Of a stretch of DNA of 48,003 bases, positions 34,946-42,678 are shown one piece after another (position 1 is the first letter of the stretch; each line of letters starts with the position of its first letter). Below the pieces are notes generated by a model, which was not told where the DNA came from, did not search any database, and saw only the letters and a program-made list of their open reading frames with translations. The position numbers were made by a program, and so were the translations under genes. Source of the DNA: an uncultured Ruminococcus sp. GTDB lineage: Bacteria > Bacillota > Clostridia > UBA1212. The stretch is taken from the NCBI GenBank assembly GCA_902782645.1, contig CACZNV010000157.1, positions 1 to 48,003 of the forward strand, written 5' to 3'.

Positions 34946-35767
34946 TCAGACGCCCGAGTAAGCTGAGAAGCCGCCGTCTATCGGAAGCACCACGCCCGTC
35001 ACAAAAGCTGCCTTCTCATCGTCAATCAGAAACTTCACGGCGCCCACAAGCTCCTCCGGCTCGCCAAAGCGCTTCATCGGCGTGGCGTTTAAGATTTTGT
35101 TTGTCCTTGGCGTCGGGGTGCCGTCCTTGTTGAAAAGGAGGTCCCTGTTCTGGTTTGTGACGAAAAATCCGGGGGCAATGGCGTTGACCCTGATGCCCGC
35201 TCCGGCAAAGTGAACCGCCAGCCACTGGGTGAGGTTGGAAACGCCGGCCTTGGCGCTGCTGTAGGCGGGAATCTTTGTGAGGGGCCTGTAGGCGTTCATG
35301 GACGAAATGTTGAGGATCGAGCCGCCGGTTTTTACCATATCCTTGGCGAATACCTGGGTCGGTATCATGACGCCAACGATATTGAGGTCAAACACAAAGT
35401 TGAAGTCCTTCTTGTCAAGGTTGAAGAACGTTTTGAAGTCGTCTGCTTCCTCGTCGCCGTCGGCATATGTCTCGTTTTTGGTGGTGCAGCGGGGGTTGTT
35501 GCCTCCGGCTCCGTTTATAAGAACGCTGCAGGGTCCCAAGTCCTTAAGGACCTCCTCCCTGACAGCTTCCAGCATATCCCGGTCAAGCACGTTGGCCTTG
35601 TAAGCCTTGGCGGTGCCTCCGTCTTTACATATCTCATCGGCAACGAGTTTAGCCGCATCATAGTTGAGGTCAAGAAGAGCGACGGAAAATCCGTCTTTTG
35701 CAAGTTCTTTCGCAAAGCAGGAGCAAAGGACTCCGCCGGCGCCGGTTATTACCGCAGTTTTAGCCAT
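34946..35767 (-). CDS. SDR-family oxidoreductase, probably a mannonate/fructuronate oxidoreductase (B. subtilis YjmF/UxuB type)
   Basis: 273-aa ORF with TGAGGVLC Rossmann and YSSAK catalytic motifs. It lies immediately downstream of uxuA, as in the yjmE-yjmF arrangement. Confidence 0.7.
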   Translation of the reverse strand: MAKTAVITGAGGVLCSCFAKELAKDGFSVALLDLNYDAAKLVADEICKDGGTAKAYKANVLDRDMLEAVREEVLKDLGPCSVLINGAGGNNPRCTTKNETYADGDEEADDFKTFFNLDKKDFNFVFDLNIVGVMIPTQVFAKDMVKTGGSILNISSMNAYRPLTKIPAYSSAKAGVSNLTQWLAVHFAGAGIRVNAIAPGFFVTNQNRDLLFNKDGTPTPRTNKILNATPMKRFGEPEELVGAVKFLIDDEKAAFVTGVVLPIDGGFSAYSGV

Positions 35768-35803
35768 AAAACAGCCTCCGTTTTTATGTTTTCGGTGGTT
35801 AAC

Positions 35804-36847
35804 TCACCGTTTCAGTGTTTTTTCAATTCCCTCAAAAAGGCCCGTCAGGTATGTGGCTCCGAGGGCTCTGTCGTAGAGACCGTAGCCGCCCTTGCCTGTT
35901 TCGCCCCATATCATGCGGCCGTGATCAGGCCTTACATAGCCGTCAAAACCGCCCTCAAGAAGGCCCTTCACAATCCCATACATATCAAGGGACCCTTCGT
36001 CGGTGGGATGGGCCACCTCGTGGAATTCCCTGTACCCCGTGATCTTAATGTTGCGCAGGTGCGCGAAATGAATCCTCTTGGCGAATTTCTTTGCCATTTT
36101 AGGAAGATCGTTGTCCGTGGAGGCGCCAAGGGATCCCGTGCAGAACGTGAGCCCGTTCTCGGGCATGTCCACAAGCTTCAGAAACCGTTCAATGTTTTTC
36201 TCATTGGTTATGATTCTGGGAAGTCCGAAAATGCCCCATGGCGGATCGTCGGGATGTATGGCCATGTTCACGCCTGCCTCATGGGCTGCAGGTATGACCG
36301 CCTTAAGGAAGCGCTCCATGTTTTTCCAAAGGCCCTCCTCGCCAATGACCGCATACCGCCCCATCAGCTCCTTGAGTTCCTTCTTCGTATAGCTCTCATC
36401 CCAGCCCGGCAGGCTGAACTCACCGTTTAACGGGTCAAGCTTCGCCAATTCCTTTTCGTCATATGACAAGCCGTTTGCACCTTCCGGCAGCTCGTTTTTA
36501 AGGTTAGTCCTGAACCAGTCAAACACGGGCATAAAGTTGTAGCAAATGCAGTCGACGCCTGCGGCGCCGAGCCTCCGCACGTTCTCGCAGTAGACCCCTA
36601 TCAGTTCATCTGCGGAGGCTCCCCCGAGCTTGATTTCCTCAGGCACCGGAACGCTCTCGACCACAGTGAAATCAAGCCCGGCTGCATTTGCGCTTTTCTT
36701 GATCCGGTCGATGCTCTCAACGCTCCAGAGCTTGCCCGGAGCAACGTCATAGACAGCAGAAACAATACCCGTCATGCCCGGAATCTGTCTGATCTGATCG
36801 AGCGTGACCTTGTCGTTTTCGCCGTACCAGCGGAATGTCATTTTCAT
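35804..36847 (-). CDS. uxuA: Mannonate dehydratase
   Basis: From the ATG at 36847, the N-terminus MKMTFRWYGENDKVTLDQIRQIPGMTGIVSA is the hallmark UxuA N-terminus. GGAGG lies 9 nt upstream. Confidence 0.92.
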   Translation of the reverse strand: MKMTFRWYGENDKVTLDQIRQIPGMTGIVSAVYDVAPGKLWSVESIDRIKKSANAAGLDFTVVESVPVPEEIKLGGASADELIGVYCENVRRLGAAGVDCICYNFMPVFDWFRTNLKNELPEGANGLSYDEKELAKLDPLNGEFSLPGWDESYTKKELKELMGRYAVIGEEGLWKNMERFLKAVIPAAHEAGVNMAIHPDDPPWGIFGLPRIITNEKNIERFLKLVDMPENGLTFCTGSLGASTDNDLPKMAKKFAKRIHFAHLRNIKITGYREFHEVAHPTDEGSLDMYGIVKGLLEGGFDGYVRPDHGRMIWGETGKGGYGLYDRALGATYLTGLFEGIEKTLKR

Positions 36848-36907
36848 TGGGAACTGCCTCCGATCCTTTGAAAAAAGTTCGAAAAAGAGTTTTCGCTCCA
36901 TCGTGTA

Positions 36908-36936
36908 ATTATATAACCGAAGGCGCTTTCAGTCAA
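36908..36936 (-). promoter_or_regulatory. Promoter of the uxuA operon, TTGACT-17-TATAAT, embedded in the upstream terminator hairpin
   Basis: The minus strand reads TTGACTgaaagcgccttcggttaTATAAT. The -35 (36931..36936) lies in the hairpin loop and the spacer is the 3' arm. Confidence 0.65.
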
Positions 36937-36951
36937 TCAAAAGCGCCTTCG
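36917..36951 (-). terminator. 13-bp GC-rich hairpin terminating the upstream seven-gene operon
   Basis: On the minus strand, CCGAAGGCGCTTT (10-nt loop) AAAGCGCCTTCGG is followed by TTATATAATT. Confidence 0.65.
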
Positions 36952-37068
36952 GGGCAATAAGTAATATTCAGGAATAGCAGAATTCTTCTTATTTTGTCCG
37001 CCAAAGCCGTAAGGCTAATGCACGAAGAGCTTTCATTACTTTTCAAGCTTACCTACGCAAAATACGTT

Positions 37069-37554
37069 TTAAGTCAGTTTCACGCTTTTGTATGAAATCA
37101 GTATATGGGCCGCCGCAAACATCACAGCCGAAGCCATGAGCGGAATCGAGAGAATCAGGACGCCGCTTGAAAGGAACAGCAATGACGGCACAATTGAAAG
37201 CGCCAGGGCTTTGAAAACCGTGTCCTTGTCCCAAAGCAGCACCCAGAGGATGAGGTAGGCGATGGTGAGGACCGCATTGGCGATGACCAGAATCGGAAAA
37301 CCGTCAAGGAGCCAGAATCCAAGCCAGGTGTTGGGAACGTTTACAATCATAAACGCGATGCAGCCGAACCTGCCGATGCCTTCAAAAATCTCAGCGGCCT
37401 TGTTTTTCCAGACCGCCGGGGTTTTGCCCCTGGTTTTTATCATATATACGATGTTAGGAATGAGTATCAGAATAACTGCCGCTATTCCGATGTAATTGAC
37501 AAGTCCCATTTCAGCCGGTTCCCTTTCGATTTGTTGCAGTATCCAATGTACCAT
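37069..37554 (-). CDS. Small polytopic membrane protein, unknown function
   Basis: 161-aa ORF with 4-5 hydrophobic helices. It starts 9 nt downstream of the preceding GNAT gene. Confidence 0.5.
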   Translation of the reverse strand: MVHWILQQIEREPAEMGLVNYIGIAAVILILIPNIVYMIKTRGKTPAVWKNKAAEIFEGIGRFGCIAFMIVNVPNTWLGFWLLDGFPILVIANAVLTIAYLILWVLLWDKDTVFKALALSIVPSLLFLSSGVLILSIPLMASAVMFAAAHILISYKSVKLT

Positions 37555-37563
37555 GAAAGGCCT

Positions 37564-38109
37564 TCAAAGTTCAAGCCTCATGAGGACCAGGTCCTGATAA
37601 CCTGAATATCTTGACTTGAATCCTTTCGGATTTCTGCCGAACTCTCTGAAGCCGTATTTTTCGTAGAGCGCAATTGCCCGGCTGTTTTCGCCCACCACGT
37701 CAAGTTCAAGCTGCACATAGCCCGCCTTCCTCGCAAGTTCAATGCACGCTTTCATGAGGGCACCGCCAATGCCAAGACCCCAGTACGCCTTGTCCACGCT
37801 GATTCCGAGCTCCGCCCGGTGCCTGAGTTTCTCCCGTTTACTGAGTCCGGAAAAACCTGCGGATCCCACTACCTTACCGTCAATGAGGGCAATAATTTCA
37901 ACGGCCCCGTCGCTCTCCGCAGAGCTCTTCAGGAACTCTTTTTCCTCATCCAGGGAGAATGTTTTCTCATCGGGGTAGGAAAGCAGAAAATCGGTCTGCG
38001 CGTGAGTCAAATTGAAAATATCAAGCACCACCCGGGCGTCGTTTTCGTCGCCGTTCCGCAAAATGCACTGCCTGCCGTCTTTTAAAATTATTTCTTCATA
38101 GTATTTCAT
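37564..38109 (-). CDS. GNAT-family N-acetyltransferase
   Basis: 181-aa ORF with a GLGIGGALM acetyl-CoA loop and ALYEKYGFREFG. AAGGAG RBS. Confidence 0.85.
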   Translation of the reverse strand: MKYYEEIILKDGRQCILRNGDENDARVVLDIFNLTHAQTDFLLSYPDEKTFSLDEEKEFLKSSAESDGAVEIIALIDGKVVGSAGFSGLSKREKLRHRAELGISVDKAYWGLGIGGALMKACIELARKAGYVQLELDVVGENSRAIALYEKYGFREFGRNPKGFKSRYSGYQDLVLMRLEL

Positions 38110-38127
38110 TTTAATCTCCTTGATGAC

Positions 38128-39282
38128 TCAGTCAAACAGCTGGCCCGGAAGCTTCAGCTTCTGCTTCGGCGGAAAGTTTTTGTCAAATGCCTCCACGTCC
38201 TTGTCGTCAACGTAGTATCCCGCCGGCGTCTGATAGACCCCCGTCACACCGCCAAGGCAGCCCGGCTTCAGTTCCCTGCAGAGGAAAAACGAGTCGTCCT
38301 CCCCCTCCGGAAGGTCGTGGTACCTTATGCCGAAATTTCTTGCATATTGAAAGCCCGACTTGCCGTAGAACTTGATGTTGCCCTCAAAAAGCACGGCGCC
38401 AAAGCCCATGGCAGCAGCCTTTTCCAGGGAATAGTCAAGGATTTTTTTGCCGTAGCCCATGCGCTTGTATTCATTGGCGATGCAGATGGGCCCCATGGTG
38501 AGGACCGGAACAGTCCTGCCGTCATCGCCTTCGATGACAGTGCGCATAAACATGTTCTGGCCGATGATCCTGCCGCCAAGCTCCATCACAAAATCAAGCT
38601 CTTTCACAAAAGCCGGATCCTCACGCAGCACATGAATCACATAATGCTCGCTGCAGCCCGGCCTGTATACATTCCAGAAGGACTCCCGCACAAGGTTTTC
38701 AACCTCCGCCTCATCCTCTTTCCTCTCGGGGCGAATCACAAAGCTTTGCATCGCCTGCCACTCCTCGCGGGTGAGTTTGCTCATGTGCTCTGTTCTGTAC
38801 TCGCCAATCTGTGAAACAAACACCCTATCCGTACGGTCATATTTAAAGCCGCACTTTTCCTGGACGCGTTTTGACTTTTCGTTTCCGTCAAAGTAACCGC
38901 ACCGGAGAGTCTTGAAATTCAGGTCCGTAAAGGCGTAGCGGATTGCCTCTCTCACAGCCTCCGGAATGAGTCCCTGCCCCCAATAGGGCACGCCGATCCA
39001 GTAGCCGATTTCGGCCTCCTCAGCGCCGATTCTCCTGTTCCCATCTGAGCCAAGCATGATGCCCAGGCTTCCGGCAAGCTTTCCCGTGTCCTTGAGACAA
39101 ACGGCAAAGGTTATAGGCTCCGAGAGCACCGTTCTTATAATCTCTGCGCTTTCGCTTACGCTTTTGTGGGGTTTCCAGCCCGCCGCGGGGCCCACCCTGT
39201 CGTCCTTGGCGAGTTCGAAAAGTTCGCTTGCGTCATCCTCTCTCCAAGGTCTTAAAATCAGTCTTTCGGTTTCCAGTATCAT
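38128..39282 (-). CDS. Fusion of two GNAT acetyltransferase domains (RimJ/RimL-like N-terminal domain plus YhbS-like C-terminal domain)
   Basis: 384-aa ORF. The N-terminal half has LETERLILRPWREDDA...WGQGL. The C-terminal half has ANEYKRMGYGKKIL...FYGKSGF. Confidence 0.8.
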   Translation of the reverse strand: MILETERLILRPWREDDASELFELAKDDRVGPAAGWKPHKSVSESAEIIRTVLSEPITFAVCLKDTGKLAGSLGIMLGSDGNRRIGAEEAEIGYWIGVPYWGQGLIPEAVREAIRYAFTDLNFKTLRCGYFDGNEKSKRVQEKCGFKYDRTDRVFVSQIGEYRTEHMSKLTREEWQAMQSFVIRPERKEDEAEVENLVRESFWNVYRPGCSEHYVIHVLREDPAFVKELDFVMELGGRIIGQNMFMRTVIEGDDGRTVPVLTMGPICIANEYKRMGYGKKILDYSLEKAAAMGFGAVLFEGNIKFYGKSGFQYARNFGIRYHDLPEGEDDSFFLCRELKPGCLGGVTGVYQTPAGYYVDDKDVEAFDKNFPPKQKLKLPGQLFD

Positions 39283-39303
39283 TTTCAGATTCCTTTTTTA
39301 TCT

Positions 39304-39819
39304 TCAGTCCTCTGTAAAAAACCTTTTCAGTTTCTGCCAGAAGGTCTCTTTCTTTTTCGTCTGCGAGGCGCCAGTCTGTTTGCGCGAACCGCTTTTTGCC
39401 TGAGCGGTCCTGTTAGCGGTATTCTTAGCCCGTTCCGCTTCTATCTTCTTTCTGCGTTCCTCCCGCAGATATTTTCCGAGCACCGCCAATGGATCCTCCG
39501 CGGCGCAAAGCCGCTCACCGAAGTCCTTCACGGAGTTGTACTCCGCAGCTCCGCAGATGCCCGCGTCGTATTCCACCTCGTGGACCAGCTTGTTTCTGAC
39601 CCAGCGCACATGTTTAAGCATGCGGTAGTCTGCTTGCCAGGTTCTGACGACTGCGGCACCCTTCCGCTCCGAAAGCTCCATCTGGCGAATATACCAGGAG
39701 ATGCCCTCCTGGGTCATATTGGCGTCTTTGATAAAATTGTCTGCCTTTTTGTATTCTTCTAAAAAGCGAATATCCGGTTCCCGCATAACCCCGTCCTTGG
39801 CGTATTGAAAGTGGCTCAT
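39304..39819 (-). CDS. Hypothetical protein with a lysine/arginine-rich C-terminal tail
   Basis: 171-aa ORF within the operon. I recognise no motif. The start is uncertain (39819 or the internal ATG at MREPD). Confidence 0.45.
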   Translation of the reverse strand: MSHFQYAKDGVMREPDIRFLEEYKKADNFIKDANMTQEGISWYIRQMELSERKGAAVVRTWQADYRMLKHVRWVRNKLVHEVEYDAGICGAAEYNSVKDFGERLCAAEDPLAVLGKYLREERRKKIEAERAKNTANRTAQAKSGSRKQTGASQTKKKETFWQKLKRFFTED

Positions 39820-39832
39820 TGTAAAAAAAGCA

Positions 39833-40735
39833 TTACTTCTTGCGCATATGTCCCTTGGAGAGGACGTGAAGAAGCACGAAAAGTCCCGTAAACAATACCA
39901 CGGAGCCGATGAGTATCACAGCCATGACCCAGGTTGGAACCCTTGTGCCGAAGAAGTAAATGTTGCAGTCGACGCTGTCGCGAATTCCCGTTATAGCTTC
40001 CTGAGGAAAGCCTGCAGTCTCCATCTCCCTGAAAAGGCCGTCCATTATGTGGTTTTTGAGCAGGCTCGTGGCGTATGTGCTGGGCAGAAACATGAGGACG
40101 TTTTGAAGCCCCTTGCCGAATGTGGATATTGGCATGTATGCGCCGCAGAGGAAGCCGTAGCCTGCGCTGATGATGGTGCCCACAGCGGATGCCTGGCCGT
40201 TGGTGCTGAGGAAAAAGTGTATGCAGGACGAAAGAGCCGTTCCGAAAAGGGTCAGAAGGAACACATCGCCAATCACCAGCAGCACGTCCGTGAAGGACAT
40301 GAACCACCCCTGTGTCGAAAGGTACAGAAGCCCTGCCGCAAGAGCAGTGAAGGTGACAATGAGTGTGCTCGCAGCCGAAGCGATGTAGTAGCCTGCGGCT
40401 ATAACCGAGCGTTTCACCGGTGAGACCGTGAAATCGCCAATGGCCCCCGACGCCTTGTCGCCTATCATCAAAAGATTTGAGCAGAATGCAACCGTCACAC
40501 AGGACACCGCCATCAGCGAGAAAATGAGCTGGCTCGCCACCGTGCCGTTCATGAGCGCATCGCTGACATGAAACTCCTCCGGAAGTGCATCTGTGAAGCT
40601 CTCCTTGTACACATTCGCCAGGAATGTGGCGTAGAGAACAAGGAGTATCATTGGCGATAAGAGGGATGAGATGAAGAGCCCCTTGTCCTTAAAGAACATC
40701 TTCAGGTTTCTTCTGACAACATTCATGAGGGTCAT
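39833..40735 (-). CDS. ABC-2 type transporter permease
   Basis: 300-aa ORF with six TM segments. Its ATG overlaps the stop codon of the ATPase gene. Confidence 0.8.
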   Translation of the reverse strand: MTLMNVVRRNLKMFFKDKGLFISSLLSPMILLVLYATFLANVYKESFTDALPEEFHVSDALMNGTVASQLIFSLMAVSCVTVAFCSNLLMIGDKASGAIGDFTVSPVKRSVIAAGYYIASAASTLIVTFTALAAGLLYLSTQGWFMSFTDVLLVIGDVFLLTLFGTALSSCIHFFLSTNGQASAVGTIISAGYGFLCGAYMPISTFGKGLQNVLMFLPSTYATSLLKNHIMDGLFREMETAGFPQEAITGIRDSVDCNIYFFGTRVPTWVMAVILIGSVVLFTGLFVLLHVLSKGHMRKK

Positions 40736-41646
40736 TGGGCAGCACCCCCTTCGAGAGCCTTGCCGGTGACCTCAAGGAACACGTCGTCCATCCTGCCCTT
40801 GGTCACTTCGTAATCTTTGAAAAGATCCGGGTGTTTCAAAATGAGGTCCGTCACTTCTGACGTGTCGGAGACTTTGATTTTCACTCCGTCCCTGATCTTC
40901 GTGTATGACACGCCAAGGTCTTTAATTTTATCCTCGCCGCAGCCGTAAATCGTTACATAGTCACCTGCGTATTTGTTTTTGAGGTAAAGCGGCGTGCCCT
41001 CTGCGGCAATCTTTCCGGACTCCAAAATGATTATGTAGTCCGCATCGGAAGCCTCCTCCATGTAGTGGGTGGTCAGGAATACTGTCAGAGAGCGCTCAAG
41101 CCTCTCCTTTTCGATAACGTTCCAGAGAATGCGCCGTGTCTGGGGGTCGAGGCCTGTTGTCGGCTCGTCGAGTATAAGTATTTCGGGCTCGTGAAGCAGC
41201 GCCCGGGCAATGTCGACTCGCCTCCTCTGCCCTCCTGAAAGTTTGTCCAGGGGGCGGTTGAGAAAGCTCTCAAAGTCCAGCACCTTTGACAGCTCGCCCA
41301 GTCTTTTTTCAAAGGCCCTGCCGGTGATGCCGTAAAGGGCCCCGCGGCTGCGAAGGTTCTCTTTTACGGTGAGCTTTCTGTCCAGCACCGAGTTTTGAAA
41401 CACGACCCCGATTTTCCTGCTCACCGCGTCAAACTCTTTTTCCACATCGCGGCCGAGAACGGTAATGCTGCCGCTGTCCTTGGCGAGTTGCCCGCAAATC
41501 ATTGAGATGGTTGTGGACTTTCCTGCACCGTTAACACCTAAAAAGGCGAATAACTCGCCTTTTTTAACCACAAATGACAAGTCTGAGACGGCTTTGACGT
41601 CGCCGTAGGACTTGAACAGATGATCGATTTGAATTACTTTTTCCAT
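40732..41646 (-). CDS. ABC transporter ATP-binding protein (DrrA/CcmA-type exporter subunit)
   Basis: 304-aa ORF with Walker A GVNGAGKST, the LSGGQRRR signature and Walker B ILILDEPT. Confidence 0.92.
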   Translation of the reverse strand: MEKVIQIDHLFKSYGDVKAVSDLSFVVKKGELFAFLGVNGAGKSTTISMICGQLAKDSGSITVLGRDVEKEFDAVSRKIGVVFQNSVLDRKLTVKENLRSRGALYGITGRAFEKRLGELSKVLDFESFLNRPLDKLSGGQRRRVDIARALLHEPEILILDEPTTGLDPQTRRILWNVIEKERLERSLTVFLTTHYMEEASDADYIIILESGKIAAEGTPLYLKNKYAGDYVTIYGCGEDKIKDLGVSYTKIRDGVKIKVSDTSEVTDLILKHPDLFKDYEVTKGRMDDVFLEVTGKALEGGAAQ

Positions 41647-42320
41647 TATTGTTCTTTCGCCTTCTCCTCATTCTCGTAGGCAACGGTAAAATTATTTTTC
41701 AACGCAAGCTCTTTGAACAGCTGATTCTTATCGTAGCCGCCAACGTCAAACCCGGGTATTTCCTTAAAGGCCTTGCAGAGGGAAAGGCTTATTTCAGTGC
41801 CCAGTTCAAAGACCTCCTCGTCAGAGAAAGGACAGTCACCCATCATAATCATGGCGCTGATTCCGTAGGACACAAGCCACATATCTCTGAAGTACTTGTC
41901 CGCAGCTTCGGCACTCATTCTGTACCAGTTCATTATTGACGGACGCACCAGGTCCTGGGAATAACGCAGAAGATCGGATCCGCTGCCTGCGGGTATTCCG
42001 ATTGGCGGTGTGAAAAACAAAGTCTTGTACAGTTCCGGTTTCTCTTTTGCAAACTTTCCGTACTGTTTCCAGACGCCAAGGAACGGCACCGGTTCCTCCA
42101 GCCCCTTTCGAATGCATTCATAATATTCATCTTTGATCTTTTTGTAGACCTCTAATCTGAGGTCGTCCATATTTTCGAAGCAGGTGAATATTGGCGCTAC
42201 CGATCCTCCGATGGCAACGGCAACAGTCCTGGCAGTAACATTTTCAAAGCCTTTTTTCTCGGCTATTTCAAGTGCGGCTTTAACAATTTCATCTTTCTGG
42301 TATTTAACTTTAGGGGGCAA
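41646..42320 (-). CDS. TetR/AcrR-family transcriptional regulator
   Basis: 224-aa ORF whose N-terminal helical HTH region IVKAALEIAEKKGFENVTARTVAVAIGGSVAPIFTCF fits TetR_N. TTG start. Its stop overlaps the ABC ATPase start. Confidence 0.8.
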   Translation of the reverse strand: MPPKVKYQKDEIVKAALEIAEKKGFENVTARTVAVAIGGSVAPIFTCFENMDDLRLEVYKKIKDEYYECIRKGLEEPVPFLGVWKQYGKFAKEKPELYKTLFFTPPIGIPAGSGSDLLRYSQDLVRPSIMNWYRMSAEAADKYFRDMWLVSYGISAMIMMGDCPFSDEEVFELGTEISLSLCKAFKEIPGFDVGGYDKNQLFKELALKNNFTVAYENEEKAKEQ

Positions 42321-42348
42321 TTCTTCTGTATCTCCTTCCTGTACTTGC

Positions 42349-42358
42349 GTTATATAAC
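42349..42358. promoter_or_regulatory. Perfect 10-bp palindrome GTTATATAAC in the operon 5' UTR (candidate TetR operator)
   Basis: Seen between the -10 box and the TetR start codon. TetR autoregulators commonly bind palindromes in this position. Confidence 0.35.
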
Positions 42359-42374
42359 AGGCGTAATGAAGTCC

Positions 42375-42403
42375 ATTATAGTTTCCCTTTTGTCACCTGT
42401 CAA
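42375..42403 (-). promoter_or_regulatory. Consensus promoter, TTGACA-17-TATAAT (TetR-ABC-GNAT operon)
   Basis: The minus strand reads TTGACAggtgacaaaagggaaacTATAAT. The -35 is at 42398..42403 and the -10 at 42375..42380. Confidence 0.8.
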
Positions 42404-42618
42404 CATTCAATTTTTCGTTTTTTTGTATATGTTTACGGACTTTGCCGCCAATGTTCCGGCGAATTGTTCGCCGGACTGCGGAAAATGCAGAGAAATACCT
42501 TTTGTCCGGTCGGGCAAGAGGTATTTCTGCAGTCAGTCCTCTCGGGTAAATTATATCACGGTTTTCTGAAAAAACCTTTAAAATTTACCGATTTTTAGGT
42601 GATTTATTCACTTCTGTA

Positions 42619-42658
42619 AAAACACGGAAATACGTGTTTTGCGGCCCCTTCGGGGCGC
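42619..42658. terminator. Two adjacent hairpins downstream of the lipoprotein gene: AAAACACG/CGTGTTTT and GCGGCCCC-TTCG-GGGGCGC
   Basis: On the minus strand, ACACG-loop-CGTGT is followed by TTTTTAC. On the plus strand, the GC hairpin is followed by TGTTTCATT. Confidence 0.55.
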
Positions 42659-42678
42659 TGTTTCATTGGCGGTGCCGT

